Shown: positions 37,301 through 51,680, counted from the stretch's first letter. The stretch is 64,000 bases of DNA from Octopus sinensis (GCF_006345805.1 NC_043000.1:109430001-109494000), one strand, 5' to 3'. Translations and numbers: made by a program. The notes: generated by a model not told the origin, from the letters alone.

Positions 37301-38252
37301 ACGTTTTCTTACTCCTGTATTTTTCTAACCATATTGGGTCTCCAGGGACTCCAGGGACTCCAGGGAGTAACTGATTTCCACAAGAGAGCAGATGCGTTCT
37401 TTTGTGGATCCACACAATATCTGACCGGTTATGTTTTTAACTAAGAGGTTGTATGAATGAATGTATGCATGCATGTATGTATGTATGTATGTATGTATGT
37501 ATGTATGTATGTATGTATGTATGTATGTATGTATGTATGTATGTATGTATGTTTGGAAGTATGTATGTATGTATGTATGTATGTCATTATCCAGTTTTAT
37601 TTCATGATTTCTTGCCAATAGAGAAAGAACCGGTTTCTAATCTAGACCAAGGTTCCTTCATTGGAATCTCAACATCAACAACAGGGTATTTTTGTATGTA
37701 TGTATGTATGTATGTATGTATGTGCGCATGTGTATGTCTGAATGTAAACTTAATATGATGTCAAGGTAGATATCTGTAACAGAAATCTGTGCCCAGTGAT
37801 GATGGTCTTGTTCATAACATTACAGATCGAATGCCGTCAGGGCAGAGTGTAATTTATTTATAGTTGTGTATCCGGGAAATGAATGAATGACACTACCTCG
37901 ACTTCTGTACATGTCCACAGTGATGCCTTTCTTTTTATGTTTTCCTCGTTTCAGTTAGTCTCAGTTTTGTTATAATTTATTTGCAACTCCATAGAACCCT
38001 CCCCCCCCCCCCACTCTTATTCTCTGTCACAATCTCAGCCTCGTCTTTATACCTCTACGGACAGCAGGAACAATCTTTAGCGCGGCAGAGAGAATGCTTT
38101 GTTCAAATTCCGCCATCGTCAATTTTGCCTGCCGGGGTCGATAAAATAAGTACCAGTCAAGAACTATAGTTGATGTAAGGGAATAGACCCCTTCCTCAAA
38201 ATATTAGGCCTTGTGCCTATGTTATTATCATTATTATTATTATTATTATTAT

Positions 38253-38293
<41 letters not shown>

Positions 38294-38452
38294 TCTACCG
38301 TGAGATCACCTGGTGTACAATAATTGGTATCTTTTCCAGTATCTATTTCGAAGTAATTCTTTAGAAACTCTCACCGTTCCACATAATTCATAACTGATCC
38401 TCTAAATGATTTACTTCAGCAAGATTTTCATACATATACATACACACACATA

Positions 38453-38504
<52 letters not shown>

Positions 38505-38561
38505 AATATATCTATATATATATACATGGACACCACACACAACACACATACATACACAGAC

Positions 38562-38661
38562 NNNNNNNNNNNNNNNNNNNNNNNNNNNNNNNNNNNNNNN
38601 NNNNNNNNNNNNNNNNNNNNNNNNNNNNNNNNNNNNNNNNNNNNNNNNNNNNNNNNNNNNN
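38562..38661. other. Assembly gap (100 N)
   Basis: Direct reading. Confidence 1.
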
Positions 38662-38881
38662 TTGAATGGGGTATTTAAGTTGAGGCACCAATTATGTACA
38701 GTATTGTCCGCATAGCTCGAAGTTAGGTGCATACAATGCAAATAAGCAACATGGATGTCCAGGTATCAGCGCATTACGGCCGTTTCAAGCAGCTCCATTA
38801 ATCGATCAATGCAAACATTACATCAATTTGAAATAACCTGCTCTCCTCGGACGCATACGACCATATAGATTTTCAACATAC

Positions 38882-38929
38882 AGGATACTCCGTTATACTG
38901 TTTAGCAAATTTTTCATCAGTAATTAAGC
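38882..38929 (-). CDS. Candidate isolated 48-nt exon (GLITDEKFAKQYNGVS)
   Basis: Minus: ttcttttag|GCTTAATT...TATCCT|gtatgt; symmetric phase 1. Protein not recognised. Confidence 0.35.
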
Positions 38930-39804
38930 CTAAAAGAATTACATTTCTTCTTTTTGCTATTATTATAGCAGAAGGAATTTAGGGAGAGAATGCTTAAAGC
39001 CTATTATAATTTAGAGTGGCAGAAGTGGGGGTGAAGGAAGAGGAATGGTGATATAGCTACATTTGTCTTTATCCTCATTACCTTCAAAAGACTCAATGCA
39101 GTAAGTAGTCTACTTCTCCTTAGAATTAAAACCATTGGCAATTGACAGTTAGGTTCTTGTTGTTGGTGATAAATTAATTAATGTCAGATACTCTTCCCTA
39201 CCCCTGTTTCACTATGACCATAAAATTAACCATACCTACATAGAAGAATGTCTCAGAAGATGCTAGCGAGATAATGATATATAGGGACGAGGTGATAACC
39301 AGAAAGAGGACTTAACATATGATTATCAAATAAAAGGGGCCTAAAATGGAAAACAATGGAGGTCACAATGAGATCACAGTGTGGGAATTAAAAAGTACTG
39401 GAAGAAATGTGATATTAAAATATGAAAAATTTTGAAAAGAATTTAAGGAGTAAGATAAGAAGGATAGATAAAATAATCTAAGCCATAAAAGTGGGGGACT
39501 TTCATATAAAGCATAAACTTCATAATGCTTCTTCCTAGCAAATGTTCAGATGGTCATTCGTAAAACCATTCAACAATGAACCTATAATTAAATTTAAATA
39601 TCATCCGAGTAAGTGTACCCATTTTCTATTGAACCAAAACCAAAGATTAAGGGCTAAAATATTTCTTTTGCAGGTAAACTTATTTAAAAACCTTGGAAAA
39701 ATATATTTACATAAAAATTACCAACATTATGAAAAAATCTGAAAGGATATAAGAAGGTATAAAAAATACCACACATATATACATAAAAATATAATATATA
39801 TATA

Positions 39805-39966
39805 GGCGTAGGAGTGGCTTTGTGGTAAGTAGCTTGCTGACCAACCACATGGTTCTAGGTTCAGTCCCACTGCGTGGCACCTTGGGCAAGTGACTTCTAC
39901 TATAGCCTCGGGCCGACCAAAGCTTTGTGAGTAGATTTGGTAGACGGAAACTGAAAGAAGCCCGTC

Positions 39967-39968
<2 letters not shown>
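39805..39968 (+). mobile_element. SINE family B 5' half
   Basis: GGCGTAGGAGTGGCT head through AAAGAAGCCCGTCG, then (TA)n. Confidence 0.9.
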
Positions 39969-40008
<40 letters not shown>

Positions 40009-40050
40009 TTATAATAATAAGGGTTTTTTGTAACAAGTTGCTTAAGCCAT

Positions 40051-40085
<35 letters not shown>

Positions 40086-40352
40086 CGTGTATATATATGT
40101 ATACACGAGTAAGCACATAACTACAAAACAAAGTGGAGTAAAGTAGTACTCAAATACCGTTTGTCGAACGGGAGCGTGAAACTCCGAGTAACATATTTTT
40201 GCGATGTTTTTGTAGTTTTAATAAAAAAAACGTGTGTGTGTATGTATGTTTATGATCTTATATGAATCAAAACGAATCAGATGAACGCAGAAAATATATA
40301 GATGACGAGGTATATATGTACTCTTGAATACATAGATATATACCCACAGGCA

Positions 40353-40445
<93 letters not shown>

Positions 40446-41080
40446 GTCTATCTGTCTGTCTGTCTGTCTATTTATATATCTACGCACACATGTGTTTACG
40501 AATAGACTCGAGAGTGCATACCATCAGATGCAGGTGCACAGCCCCACACACCCGTGGACGCAAATGTTATGTGTTGCTCCCGACAAAGTATGTCTACACG
40601 TTTTCCCATAAAGACTCACTTCTCCAACTGCAAGAAGAGAGGAGAAGAATGAAGTAAAATATTTAAATAAGAAAATACATAAAAATACATAAATAAGAAC
40701 AAAATAATATACAAATATCGGATTTCCCTCTACAGCCTAGCTTTATATTTTTTTAGGTGCGTATACCGTTCTCATATTAATTTGTTCGTGTATATATAAA
40801 TTATGCGTAGTCTTCTGCATGTATAATCGTACAACGATCATCTGTAAGACAAAAGTTCCAAATATTCGTGTTTATTTACGCATGATGTTTTGGTACAGCA
40901 AATAGTTTATATCGGTTGTGAATGTTTTTATTTTGTAATTGTTAAATATATTTCTGCGATGTTAACCATGTAAGGTTTTGTGTTGACTTAAATGGTTTGC
41001 AGGATGGTATATAATCACTAGATTAAGACCAGGTGAAGTACTGCAGATTGTAAAGGGCGAAGCATAGAAAGTGAATTATA

Positions 41081-41487
41081 ATCTTTTCTACTCTAGGCAC
41101 AAGGCCAGAAAGATTGGGGGAGCGGGGTAGTCGATTAGATCGACCCCAGTACGCGACTGGTACTTAATTTTATAGACCCCGAAAGGATGAAAGGCAAAGT
41201 CGACCTCAGCGGAATTTGAACTCAGAATGTAAAGACAGACGAAATACCTATTTCTATTTCTTTACTACCCACAAGGGGCTAAACACAGAGAGGACAAACA
41301 AGGACACACAAACGGATTAAGTCGATTATATCGACCCCAGTGCGTAACTGGTACTTAATTTATCGACTTCAAAAGGATGAAAGGTAAAGTTTACCTCGGC
41401 GGAATTTGAATTCAAAACGTAAAGACAGACGAAATACCGCTAAGCGTTTCGCCCGGTGAGCTAACGACTCTGCCAGCTCACCGCCTT
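41081..41487 (-). mobile_element. Dimeric SINE family A (full length)
   Basis: Reverse complement of the 57412-57790 type. Confidence 0.9.
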
Positions 41488-41779
41488 AGAAAATGAATGA
41501 AACAGGATGAAATTGGCAGTAAAGGCCGTGTAAGTAATGCGATGAAAGAAACAAAAGACAACGACGATGAAAGTGAGTGAGCTTTGAAAGCACATATCAA
41601 TTCTATGTTGATATCTCTTGTGTGAAACGTTACAAAAATAATAAAATAAAGATATTGTCTCGGAAACACGATAAAGTCAGGGCTTTCATCCCTTGGTGGA
41701 GACAAAGAAACCAATTGTAAAATTCAACAGAATCACTCGTAAAATGGGTATCTATTATATTTTCCCGTTAGGTAGATAG

Positions 41780-41940
41780 GAATCTGACGCTACTTTTGTT
41801 AGTAAATGCTTAAAGGAGAATCTGGATGAACTGGGGTTTTCAGAAAGAGATATCGACCGGCTGATACGTACATTACAAGTCCAATCTGTGAGTGGAACAG
41901 TAAAAATATGCAAGACTTTTCTCAAGTTCCAAATGTGAAT
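41780..41940 (+). mobile_element. R4-clade LINE 3' end fragment
   Basis: [44 protein letters not shown]-stop. Confidence 0.75.
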
Positions 41941-42731
41941 TTATCTGTGTTAACTATATCCCAAAGATGGAGCCTTGTATCTTTGTTAGAAACCGGGTCT
42001 CTCCCCAGCGGAAGATTTATAATAATTAAAAAATAGAAGAGACATACATACATACACACACACATACATACATACATACATACATACATACATACATACA
42101 TACATACATACATACATACGTATTGGTGTATCTGTCTCTGTGAGCTCGTGAATATATCACTGCTTTACTGTGGATGTTATTAATAATTAACAATGAATCG
42201 TTGTAGACAAAGGAAAATGAAGATTTCGGTAAACATTTGTTACAATATTTTCAATTTTGAAAGAGTTTAAAAGTTCTCATGTTGATAAATTTCTTTCAGG
42301 ATGAAAGTACTTTTTTGCAATTCTGATATGTCCAGATTCTTTTGGCCTCCATTGCAGCACACATTTCTCCTCCATTACTCCTGCAGCCGACACGTTAAGT
42401 TGTAGACTACAAATATATCCTCTTACGCGCTCAAGCAATGATATATGCTGTCACTGATAGCAAAACAAAGCGCGATATGTTGCTAGATGTAACATAGAGA
42501 TATCACTTTACTTTTCCGAGATAGATATTTGTTTGATGTTTGTCTCTCTCTCACGTATCTGTAACCAGCAGAATCAATTATGCGACATTTCTTCTAATCA
42601 GTATTATCATCATCAATGGTCGATTGCCGCCCATTGACGCCAAAGATCGGAGAATATCTTTGTTCTTTAAATGTAACTTAGAAGGAAAATGGTTCCTTAT
42701 TCTATCTCTATCTTTCTCCCTTTACACACAC

Positions 42732-42764
<33 letters not shown>

Positions 42765-43910
42765 TGTATGTATGTATGTATGTATGTATGTATGTATGTT
42801 GTATGTATGTATGTATGTATGTATGTATGTATGTATGTATGCATGCATGTATGTATGTATATATATACATACATACATGTGTGTGAGTGTGTGTGTGTGT
42901 GTGTTCTCACTCTTATGAATGTGTTGGGGATTCACTACTCCAAGTTGATGAAACCTTATACTATAGATTGTAGACCTTATTCTTTGAGTTCTATTCAAAT
43001 GTTGTTATTAGCAGAGGAAAAAGACTGAAGAATTTCTATTAGTTTGTATTAGGTTCAATTTCACTCGCAATGGCCCCTAATTTGGAGTGGGATGGAATTC
43101 AATTCACGAAACTCTCGAAACATCACGTGAAAATGAAACAGTTTCTTGTGTCCCAATGATTTAACTGAGCAAAGATTTAACGTTGCAGCTATTTCTTGTT
43201 CATTTACCTTTCTCTACAGACTTCTACTCAAACGAATTCGCTAATTCATTACTGAAAATAAATATCCCTAGAATCTCATCTTTTTTGTATCTCTGAATCA
43301 AACCCCAATAGTAAACATTTTATCAAATTCTTCATGTGCTCAATCATTCTGTAGCTTTTCTGTATTTTCCCACGACTCCGTCGTTTACTCTAAAGCTTTC
43401 GACTTGCAAATCTTCAGACTAAACACCAAACCTGCCAGTCTCAGACACTTTAACAGGATTTCGAAGATTATGAGCAGGGCATCAATTCCTCTCGATAACC
43501 GATTCGAAAAAATCCGATCAGACATCATTTATTAAATACCATTGGTAGAGATACAGATCAACTGTAGCGATATACTACGAATTATAATCCAGGAAATTAT
43601 TTAAACTATGTTTGGCTAGCTATTACTCCAAGATAGATCATCCGTGTTTTTATTAAAAGGTTGGTGGATGGCACAGTCGGCGGAGCATCGGGAAGATTGC
43701 CTGCGGTCGTTGCCAGCAGCCCTTTACCTATTCATTTCCCGAATACACTTTGTGGTGGAGAAATATACTATTACGTGCCATCCTATGCTATATATATATA
43801 TAATATATATAATATATATATAAAATTAATTAAGGGTAGAGAAATGATATTTATCAATTAAGACCAGTGGTCTAGCATATTAAAAAAAGAATCCGAAGAT
43901 TAAAATATTT

Positions 43911-44224
43911 ATATATATACCAATTAAGGACTGAACACGAAAAGTGGACAGTCAACATGCTAGATATAGACGTCAAATCGCCATTCACACAAAAAGATTA
44001 TGTTCTCAGATCAAACTCAACACAAAACCATAGCAATAACAAGTGAAAAATAACGAAATAAAATAAAGTAATTATTTTATTTCGTATTTTTCACTTGTTT
44101 ATTGCTATGGTTTTGTGTTGAGTTTGATCTGAGAACTAATCTTTTGTGGTGAATGGCGATTTGACGTCTATATCTAGCATGTTGACTGTCCACTTTCGTG
44201 TTCAGTCCTTAATTGGTATATATA
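43911..44224. repeat. ~155-bp-arm palindrome (5-nt spacer)
   Basis: 43911-44066 is the near-perfect reverse complement of 44072-44224. Confidence 0.95.
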
Positions 44225-44232
44225 TTATATAT

Positions 44233-44263
<31 letters not shown>

Positions 44264-44314
44264 ATATATAATATGTATATATATATATAATATATATATA
44301 TACATATATGTATG

Positions 44315-44352
<38 letters not shown>

Positions 44353-44400
44353 TATTATATACATATTTTTATATGATAATATATATATATATATTCTACA

Positions 44401-44925
44401 AAATTCTACAAAATTTTTGCCACCCTATATTGATTAATATGAATTTTCTGGTTAATTCCGTAATGGAATCGACGGCTTGTATTTATTTGCTGCCGATAAA
44501 TTTGGCGCGAGTGCGATGATTTGAAAATTTTAGGTCAGATATTGCCTTGGCAGGGTCGGAAATGCCTGTGAAAATATCTGTTCCGACTTGGCTATTTCTT
44601 ACTGAAGAATCTGAGGGCCTATGGAAGATTGGCTTGATTTAATTTAATCAGGTTAGTTTACCATTAAACAGCAGATGAAACGGTGCATCGTATAAGAAAT
44701 TACAGGGTAAATGTTTTTTAAATTTTCTCCTGGTTTACGGAATTGATTTTTATTTGCGGTTGAAGCTTTGGCTGTTATTTCTAGTGGGTGAATGGCCTAT
44801 TATGGCCGTTCCTTGATTGTTGATGTTGAACTTAAAAATGGTCCATGACTATTTAATTTTTTCCCACTAGGCCGCTGGTGGCAAAAAAATTCTACAAAAT
44901 TATTTGCCACCCTATATTGATTAAT
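44401..44925 (+). mobile_element. 487-bp terminally redundant unit with a hammerhead (retrozyme-like)
   Basis: AATTCTACAAAATT..TTGCCACCCTATATTGATTAAT is repeated (GCCACC at 44419 and 44906); (TA)n flanks. Confidence 0.75.
44594..44700 (+). ncRNA. Hammerhead ribozyme with branched, extended stem II
   Basis: Stem I AUUUCUUA/UAAGAAAU (8 bp perfect), CUGAAGA 44602-44608, stem II AUCUG/CAGAU closing a 58-nt insert, GAA 44677-44679, near-palindromic stem III ACGGUGCAUCGU, A17 at 44692 (GUA triplet). Confidence 0.8.
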
Positions 44926-45633
44926 TAACATATATATTATATATATATATATCTGTGTATATATATATCTGTGTGTGTATAGATATGTGTATTGCCTGTT
45001 ATATACATTATATTATATTATTATCTTTATAATTTACTTCTATCTTTACCTTTTAATTGTCACTTTAATTTTAACTTTCCTATGATATACAATTTTCAAG
45101 ATGGTGTAATTTGGTTATTCATTTTGAACCGATAAAAGGTTTTTTCAAATATTTTATGTATAAGTCTGTGTGTGTATATATATATGTATTGGTATAAATA
45201 TCAACACACAAAAGTTATTTTTTCTTCTCCACTTCCTCCCTTATTTATTTATTTTTTATTTATTTTTTATATTTTATTTTTTATTTTTTATTTTTTATTT
45301 TTTATATTTTTAATTATTTTTTATTTTTATATTTATTTTTATTTTTATCTTCCCTTTTCTCTTTCTTTCTCTCTCTCCTTCTCCAAACACACAGATACAC
45401 ACACACACACACACGCACACAAAAACACACACGGACACACACACACACACACATACACACCTCCACAAAATGATCATAGAAAGTGTGACCCCAAATGACA
45501 TTTGTCCGGCCACGACACGAGACTGGACAGAGAGCAGAGCCAAAATTCTTAGAAAACCACAGGAGGTCCAGTAGGCCAACGGAATAACAATACTTCTTCT
45601 TCCCTATCAGATACAAATGCACACACACACACA

Positions 45634-45676
<43 letters not shown>

Positions 45677-45791
45677 ATACACACATGTTTTCTCTGTCTC
45701 ACTTCCTCTTCACCCTTTTATACTGTCTTATTCCTCCCCACCACTACTACGAAACTATAAAATGTTCAAATTAGCCACAAGGAATTGATTT

Positions 45792-45830
45792 GATTTGAAA
45801 AGCCCACTCGATTGGGAGAAAGCGCTAATC
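45792..45830 (+). ncRNA. Hammerhead-like motif with U3-A8 core
   Basis: GAU-UUGAAAA-G CCCA CUCGAU UGGG A-GAA-AGCGCU-A-AUC. Confidence 0.4.
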
Positions 45831-45964
45831 CGAATGATATGATCTGAATGATATGATATATATGTAAAAAATGTAATATATAAATAAATATAATAAATAT
45901 GAACCATCCGATCTGATTACCTCATTTTTTAATATATAATACCTGTACATCATCTCCAAACCTT

Positions 45965-46006
<42 letters not shown>

Positions 46007-46013
46007 TATATAT

Positions 46014-46060
<47 letters not shown>

Positions 46061-46314
46061 TATAGATATATACATACGTACATACATACATCTTCATATA
46101 TAACACACACACACACACACATTATTATCTGCAGCTCTTGCTGGTCCATATCAGATATGCAATATATATGGGTGTCTTTTCAGATCATTGCTTGGTTTAA
46201 AAAGCCACATTAGATGCCATGATGGATCTAGGGTGTAAGTACAGGAGGTGGTTAAACTCTGCATAAGGAGTAGACAACCACCATGTATGTACACACACAC
46301 ACACACACACATAT

Positions 46315-47106
46315 ATATGTCTTAAAAGTCACTGATGGCTTTCAATTTTTAATAACTTCCTTAACTTCACAAATAAATCGAAGTCAAGTTTTGCAACACC
46401 ACTACATCACATATGAAAAATGACTTCGCTTAAATGGCAGCCATTTTCGGCTTCGCATACCCGTACTCTTTCCAAAACTTGCACTATAATACCCTCAAAA
46501 GTTTCACACCCCACTTTGATTTCTCTATTGATGTTCTCATTCAGTTGCACCAGGGTCTCCGGTTTGTTGACGTAAACCCACTCTTTCAGGTATTCATGAT
46601 TGAGACCTTATGGCGCCCGGCCATTCAAAGTAGACCTCACACATGGTTCCAGCAAGATGGGGCAACTGGTCATACTGCAAGAGAAACAATGTAGTTGCTA
46701 TGGCAGTGCTTTGGAGAGAGAATAATTTCCCGCTACGGGAATGTCAACTGGCCTTCACGTTCCCCAGACTTGACTATCCCGTATTTTTCCTTGTTGGGGA
46801 TACCTGAAGATAAGGTTTACGTCAACAAACCGGAGACCCTGGTGCAACTGAAGGAGAACATCAATAGAGAAATCAAAGGAGTGGGGTCTGAATCTCTTGA
46901 GGGTGTTATGGTGCAAGTTCTGGAAAGAGTACGGGCGTGCGAAACCGAAAATGGCTGCCATCTAAGGAAAGTAGTTTGTCATATGCAAAGTAGTGGTGTT
47001 GAAAACTTTGACTTATGTATATTAATTTCCATTATGTTCTTTATATCAAAATGTTCTTTGTATCAAAATTTCATGCATTTATTTGTGAAGTTTGGGACAC
47101 CCTGTA
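46315..47106 (+). mobile_element. Tc1/mariner transposase remnant with long inverted duplication
   Basis: WFQQDGATGHTARET...WPSRSPDL...KVYVNKPETL. Right end GGGACACCCTG-TA at 47104-47106. 46381-46592 is an inverted copy of 46798-47014. Confidence 0.85.
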
Positions 47107-48089
47107 TATATGTTATATGGCTACAAAATATTGGGAAATAATAACCCGACTGTATTAGAAGGGTTAATGAGATCATTTGGCAACAGAAACGACGCATCAC
47201 AATGAAGTTAAATGGGTTTAACCGATTCAAAATAAAATCGTGGATTCAAGTCTGTGAGTTTAATTATCATATATAGAATTCACAAGTCCATTGCATCATT
47301 CTTAATCACACAACCCATTTGGTCCTTCACAACTTCGCTTTTATGTAGCAAACCAAACATAGCTAATCGCTTTCCATGTGATGAATATGAGAATATCAAT
47401 CTAATATATCCGCAAATTTAGAGTTTTTTCCCGCTGTTTTACACCACTGAGCTTTCGATGTTGTGTTGCCTGAGTGATTTGAGACGTATACATAATTGCA
47501 GTTGACATGGACCGGCGACTGACATTTCAGGAATACATCTATCGGCATATTTCAAGATTGGAGAATTGGCAAAACTCGGCTGAAGAAAAATGTATTAGAG
47601 TCAATTGATTCGCTGTAAGGAGTGAAAATTTTAGTTTTAAATATTTTCCTTTCTTTTGAAGAACAAAAAAGCGGGTGCGATATAGAAGCTTTTATACCAC
47701 CAATACAATTTGACGATCGTGTTATTAAGCCCCTCTATATTACTTTCTCTATTTCTATCTTTCATTCCTGTAAAAGGCAAATGTCCAAAACATTGAATGT
47801 TCTTACCGTTTGCAGCAAACCAACTCAATGTAATCCATTTCCTACGAAATCTTTTATTTACTCACTTCTTACCGACGCTGACCCTCCCGTCCACCGGTTT
47901 TCTTGCATTCTCGTTCTCATCTAGGACTTTATAGTCAACAATGTGCAATCGTCCCAATTCGTCGAATCGTATGTGTCCCATAATTAAAGAGGGTCTTCTT
48001 TAAACAGTAATGCAATTTTAAATGCTAATGTAACAAGATGTGTGTGTGTGTGTCCATTCGTCCGCTTGTGTGCATAATGTATGTGTATT

Positions 48090-48201
<112 letters not shown>

Positions 48202-48877
48202 GTCTGTATCTCTGTCCCCCTTCTCTCTCCATCTCTCTCTCTCTCTCTCTCTTTATATATATATGCCTCTCTTTCTCTCTCTCTCTCTATATATATATAT
48301 ATCGATGAATAAATAAGTAGATAGAGAAAGCTTTATAAACAACAGACGATTCCAAATTGGTGTGATCGTCTCCGTTTGATGTTCAGCTTGTAGTTCTGTC
48401 GGTTGACCGTTACAGAAGAACGTGAACAGTTAAAGATCATTGTTATTATTATTATATTTATCATACGTAATGTCGGTATAACTTGATGCAATCCCGAAAA
48501 ACTGGCTCACAACTCAGCATCATTAGATGGTGGCTGGCATAATGAGATAGGAGTTGTATTTGTATATTCAAAATGTTTCCCACAAACAAATTATAAATAT
48601 AAGTGTGTCTGTGTATGTGTGTGTGTGTGCGTGCGTGTAGGTGCAGTTGCATGTTTAAAAAGCTCTCTTTGCAAAGACACTCCATTTCACGTTGTTCCAG
48701 TCTACCCTATTGTAAATGAAGCGCCTTGCCTAAGGATACGACGCATCGCCCGATTTAGAAATTGAACTCACGACCTTTTCATCATAAACCGACAACCATT
48801 TGGCTACGCGCCTTTACTCAAATAGAACATGAACAATATCAACCAGTGCAACAACGACAACAACAACAGCAACAATA

Positions 48878-48936
<59 letters not shown>

Positions 48937-49446
48937 ACGAACAACAAAGCCAGCACCAACACGAGCACAAGCAGCACCTGTAACAACATCAACATCATTT
49001 ACACCAAAAATTACAAAAAACAGAAATAAACATCGCGTGTATCCACATAGAAAAATACATTTCAGAGCAAATGTAGCATAACTAGAAAGCGAACGGTTCA
49101 GATTGAACGACGGATCCAATTCTTTTACATCGCAGCGCTGTTGTATTTAACAGAACAAATTTCAGCTCTTAGTAAAACGATTCGCTGTTTGTTTATTCTC
49201 CAAACAGCAATCATAATTTGTTATTATAATTTAATACCCTTATTAGTTCGTAGTTCTTATATATGCGGTGGTTATGGATAACGTGTGACAAGCGTGGGGG
49301 AGGTGCATGGTTGGCTGTGTGTGTGTCTGTGAGAGCCAAATTCTAGAACAAAAGAAAAGCACGTATATTTTAACTAGCATCCGACATCATGATTGATGCT
49401 TTCGCATGTCATTATATTAAGTTTCACTGAAGTGCACTCACACACG

Positions 49447-49487
<41 letters not shown>

Positions 49488-49643
49488 CACACACACGCAC
49501 ACGCACACACACACACACACACACACACTGGAAATCTGATACATTCATGTATACGTGTGCATAAATACGAATACAAATGCATAAACATCTACATACATAA
49601 AACATCTGCACATAGACATGCACACATGCACACACATACACAC

Positions 49644-49855
49644 ACACATATATTTGTATATATAGATATATGATTATATAAACACACATATGCGTATATA
49701 TTTGTATATATAGATATATGATTATATAAACACACATATGCGTATATATTTGTATATATAGATATATGATTATATAAACACACATATGCGTATATATTTG
49801 TATATATAGATATATGATTATATAAACACACATATGCGTATATATTTGTATATAT
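49644..49855. repeat. 48-bp minisatellite, about 4.4 copies
   Basis: TGCG marker recurs at 49691, 49739, 49787 and 49835. Confidence 0.95.
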
Positions 49856-49868
49856 ATGTATATATATT

Positions 49869-49958
<90 letters not shown>

Positions 49959-50759
49959 TACATACATATATATCTATAATGATAACGATAATGTTGAGAA
50001 TTAGTTGGTGATTCAGTCCATTGTTACTCGAAGTTTGGCGCACGTAAGATATACGTGACATCATACTGACAAATATGGTGAATAAAGCAGTCTCGGCAAA
50101 GTTTCAGATAGGCTCATTCTCATTGGCAAAGGTAGGTCACGTGGTCGAATATGTGAAAAGTCCAAGATATAACTGGTTCAACTGCTGTGGTTTAAGGGGG
50201 ATATACCCAATTTAGACTTATGGTCATTAAAGGACAACTATAATATGACACCTGTTAAATCTGATAGTGCTGGATTTCAATCAAAATTTCAGTTGATTCC
50301 GTCCAAGTGGAATATCCTATGATGACAAAAAATTACTGATAATACCTCTGATTTCCCGCCTTGTAACATTGCTTAGTTAAAAGTTATCAGCTGGACAAAC
50401 ACTTGCAGTTTTGTGGTCTATCGAAGCGTGAAATGGCTTGGAACATAAACCACTGCAAGTTGTCCAGAATGCTGTAGTCAGCATCTTTTGGAATTTCAGT
50501 GTTCAGACTAATCAAAAGATTCAGGTTAACCGAGTAGATGTCATTGGTGAAAAATCATGTTGAGAAGATATGGTTTTGATAAGATATTCCAGTCCCAACT
50601 GATAAAAACACATCTCTAAAAACCTTTTTGAAAAATTGAAAAATTCTTCTGATTTCAATTTCCAAGTCCTATGAAATTGAAATCAGAAGAATCTCAAAGC
50701 AACAGCATCACCTATTGTTACTGGGTATCTTGGAATGATATCAAAATGACATACATACA

Positions 50760-51470
50760 CAGAAGGGTTTGATGATGTCAAAAGCTTGGCATGCAGGAGC
50801 GACAAATTTATGACATCCCACTTTGAAGGTTACATCGCTGCAATCCAAGAACAAGAGACCTCCATTAAGTATCTTGAGTATAAAAGGCAGAAAACGTTGA
50901 CAGACAAGAAATGTAGACTTCGCGAGACCAAGACTGAAGACATCGACCTCATTATTGCCAAGTGTGGGAGAATGTCTTCCACATATTATCTTCCCACGAG
51001 GCATGATATGGTCTCCAGAACAGTTTGGAACAGGAGAGCAAGAAGAGAAAATACAAACAAAGATGACCATATTGAGAAAGATGGGCCAAAAGAATACTGG
51101 TGGAACTGGAAAATTGAATCAGCCACCGAGTTAAATTAATACGACCGACCAGATATTGTTGTGTGGGACCACGAAGGAAAGCTATATTCTGCTGTTGAAA
51201 TTAACTGCTCTCTGGACACGAATGTGGTTGGAAAAATACAAGAGAAAGAGGACGTCTGGGGATCATTGACCGGGAAGTTTCAAATCCAGTCTCCAAGACA
51301 CATTTCCAGCTTCATTCCTATTGTTATTGTAACAACGGGATACATACCCGTCTGGAGAAAAATATGGCTGAACTTGGGATCTTCGGGAGAGAATGCAAAT
51401 CCTTAATTCATGTGTTAGGAGTCGGGGACAATAAAAATCTGCAAAACCTTCTTTAGATTTATGGGGTGAT
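50760..51470 (+). mobile_element. R4/Dong-clade LINE 3' end (zinc knuckle plus restriction-like endonuclease)
   Basis: EGYIAAIQEQE...DKKCRL...RHDMV, then RPDIVVWD...VEINCSLD (PD-(D/E)xK-like). Frameshifts present. Confidence 0.85.
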
Positions 51471-51581
51471 AGTTAAAACAAGATGGTTTCCTTCTCAACC
51501 GTGCTACCAAATAGGTGACCAGTCAGAATGGATTCTAGAATTAAATTGAGAAAAAGAAGCACATACGTAATACATACATAT

Positions 51582-51612
<31 letters not shown>

Positions 51613-51634
51613 ATATAATATATATATATATATA

Positions 51635-51680
<46 letters not shown>

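Noticed and set aside
42300-42400. C-type-lectin-like peptide SNGGEMCAAMEAKRIWTYQNCKK (minus) or MKVLF start (plus)
   Set aside because: Weak splice signals, in-frame stops nearby, incomplete cysteine pattern.
47790-47925. Two small minus-strand exon candidates
   Set aside because: Poor polypyrimidine tracts; expected by chance.
50108-50131. 24-nt microexon candidate
   Set aside because: Too short to distinguish from chance without RNA data.
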